Positions 62,650-64,000 of a stretch of DNA of 64,000 bases are shown one piece after another; the stretch's first letter is position 1; every line of letters begins with the position of its first letter. The notes under the pieces were generated by a model that was not told the DNA's origin, did no database searches, and was given only the letters and a program-made list of their open reading frames with translations. The position numbers and the translations under genes were made by a program. The stretch comes from Ascoidea asiatica JCM 7603 (lineage: Eukaryota > Fungi > Ascomycota), in contig BCKQ01000001.1 of NCBI GenBank assembly GCA_001600695.1, forward strand, positions 1,200,362 to 1,264,361, in the 5' to 3' direction.

Positions 62650-64000
62650 TCATAACTTAGTATTATAAAAACTGAGGTCAGAAATGATTGTTGGAGCATT
62701 TCTGTCAACAGAATATCCATTTGTAAAAGTTTCCAAATTGAAGTGATTACTTGGAGTTAGAAATAATTTGGGCTGATTCAGAGTGTAATGTCCAGTGAAA
62801 TCAGTTCCAGTAAGTTCTTTTAGAAATACTGTTGTGTCTAATATTTTATGGATTCTATAAGGGTTTAACAATTTTGGTTATTTCTTTTCTTGAGCTCTCT
62901 TATTCTTTATCATATCTCTTACAATCACTAGGTCATTCGTTTGAAATGTTGAAGGAGTAACTTTAAATGATTCATCAAACTTGAGTTTTACCTCTATTTT
63001 CCTTTTTAAAGAATTTAATTCAGAAACTTTTTCAATGATATCCTTTGTTTTTAATGGATCTATTCGAGCACTAATCCATTGATCTATAGTTAAATTGTTT
63101 AACTTTGAATTGAATAAATCTAAAATATTATCAATATAGTTGGAAGCTTTATATCCAAAAGTCAGGAATCCTGGGCTATACCCTGCGCTTCGTCGAGTAG
63201 TCCGTCTATCATAATAACATACATAACTTAGGTTGTCTGACCATCTTTTTGCAGAAAGCTTCATTTAAGGTCTCACAACAGACGAGTGACTAGCTTCAAT
63301 TGAACCATTACTCTGTGGATGATAACTAGAAGTTATAATATGCTGGATACCATATGTTTCACACACATTATCAAAGTTTTTAATATTGTATTCAGACCCA
63401 CCATCAGACATCAACTCAGCAGGAGTACCATAACGATGAATTATTTCTTCTCTGAAAAAGTTTGATAGTGTCTTAGAATTCAATGTTTTTGAAGCAAGCG
63501 GTTCCACATAGAGTGTATGAGCATCTCTAAATAGAGTGAGGTAACGGAATCCATAAAAATCTTCTGGAAGATAGACAGTATTCACAATAATTCGGTTAAA
63601 AATTCCTGCAGTAATATTAAAATTTAAAGGGATTTTATTAGGTGGAATTGAAGAGAATAATTGACATTCAGTACATGTTTTAAGAAGTTCTTGAATAATA
63701 TACAGAAGTTTTGGAATAAAATATTTCCGATTAACTAAATGGTGGATTGAGGTAATACTGGAATGACCCTCATGGTAATAGTAAATAAGTATACTAATTA
63801 TAGTTGGATTTGTAACAACTAAACGTATTGTTCCTTTAAAGTGTTTGTATAATTTTATATCACTTACCACAAATTCAAGGCAAATTGAGATAAATTGTTT
63901 CTTTCACATAAAGTTTAATGATTGGTTTGTAGTATTTTCATCTAGCCACACAGGTATCTGATAAGTAGTTAAAAATAAAATTATATCTTGATAGGGGATG
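62650..64000 (-). mobile_element. Degenerate Ty3/Gypsy LTR-retrotransposon pol 3' end (integrase), continuing beyond the window
   Basis: One frame with in-frame stops at 63904, 63265 and 62878. HHCC finger (H-EG-H...CTEC), core LMSDGGSEY and YHPQSNGSIE, first catalytic D changed to N (IIVNTV), GPY/F-like KK*PKLLNPYRI. Confidence 0.9.

Overview
Very AT-rich, intron-poor budding-yeast (Saccharomycotina) chromosomal segment. Asn-rich proteins and very rare in-frame CTG codons found in Ser-rich linkers suggest a CUG-reassigned lineage such as Ascoidea (inference, not a database match). It holds about 24 protein-coding genes: a 5'-truncated ChAPs/CHS6-like gene, PHS1, a GXS1-like sugar symporter, a flocculin-type-3 GPI wall protein, a peroxisomal FAA2-like ligase, an HD nucleotidase, KTI11, AST1-like, YOS9, ATG8, MRPL11, ADK1, MSC2, a DUF2470 protein, MNN11, intron-containing RPS9 (missed by the ORF track), VSB1, a TANGO2/NRDE protein and others. 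There are two intact tRNA genes (Gln-UUG, Asp-GUC), one decayed tRNA-His gene and a dead Ty3/Gypsy integrase at the right edge. Best leads: (1) an accessory block at 26.4-32.3 kb with an orphan gene, then a gene that appears to fuse a restriction-endonuclease-like fold to a minimal kinase under an SCB/MCB-type promoter, then the decayed tRNA-His; (2) a tandem pair of atypical Rho GTPases with G12 and effector-loop substitutions and a shared conserved upstream motif; (3) sharply bounded GC-rich promoter islands; (4) a decayed Tyr-x-Gly 9-nt periodic array in a gene-free interval.
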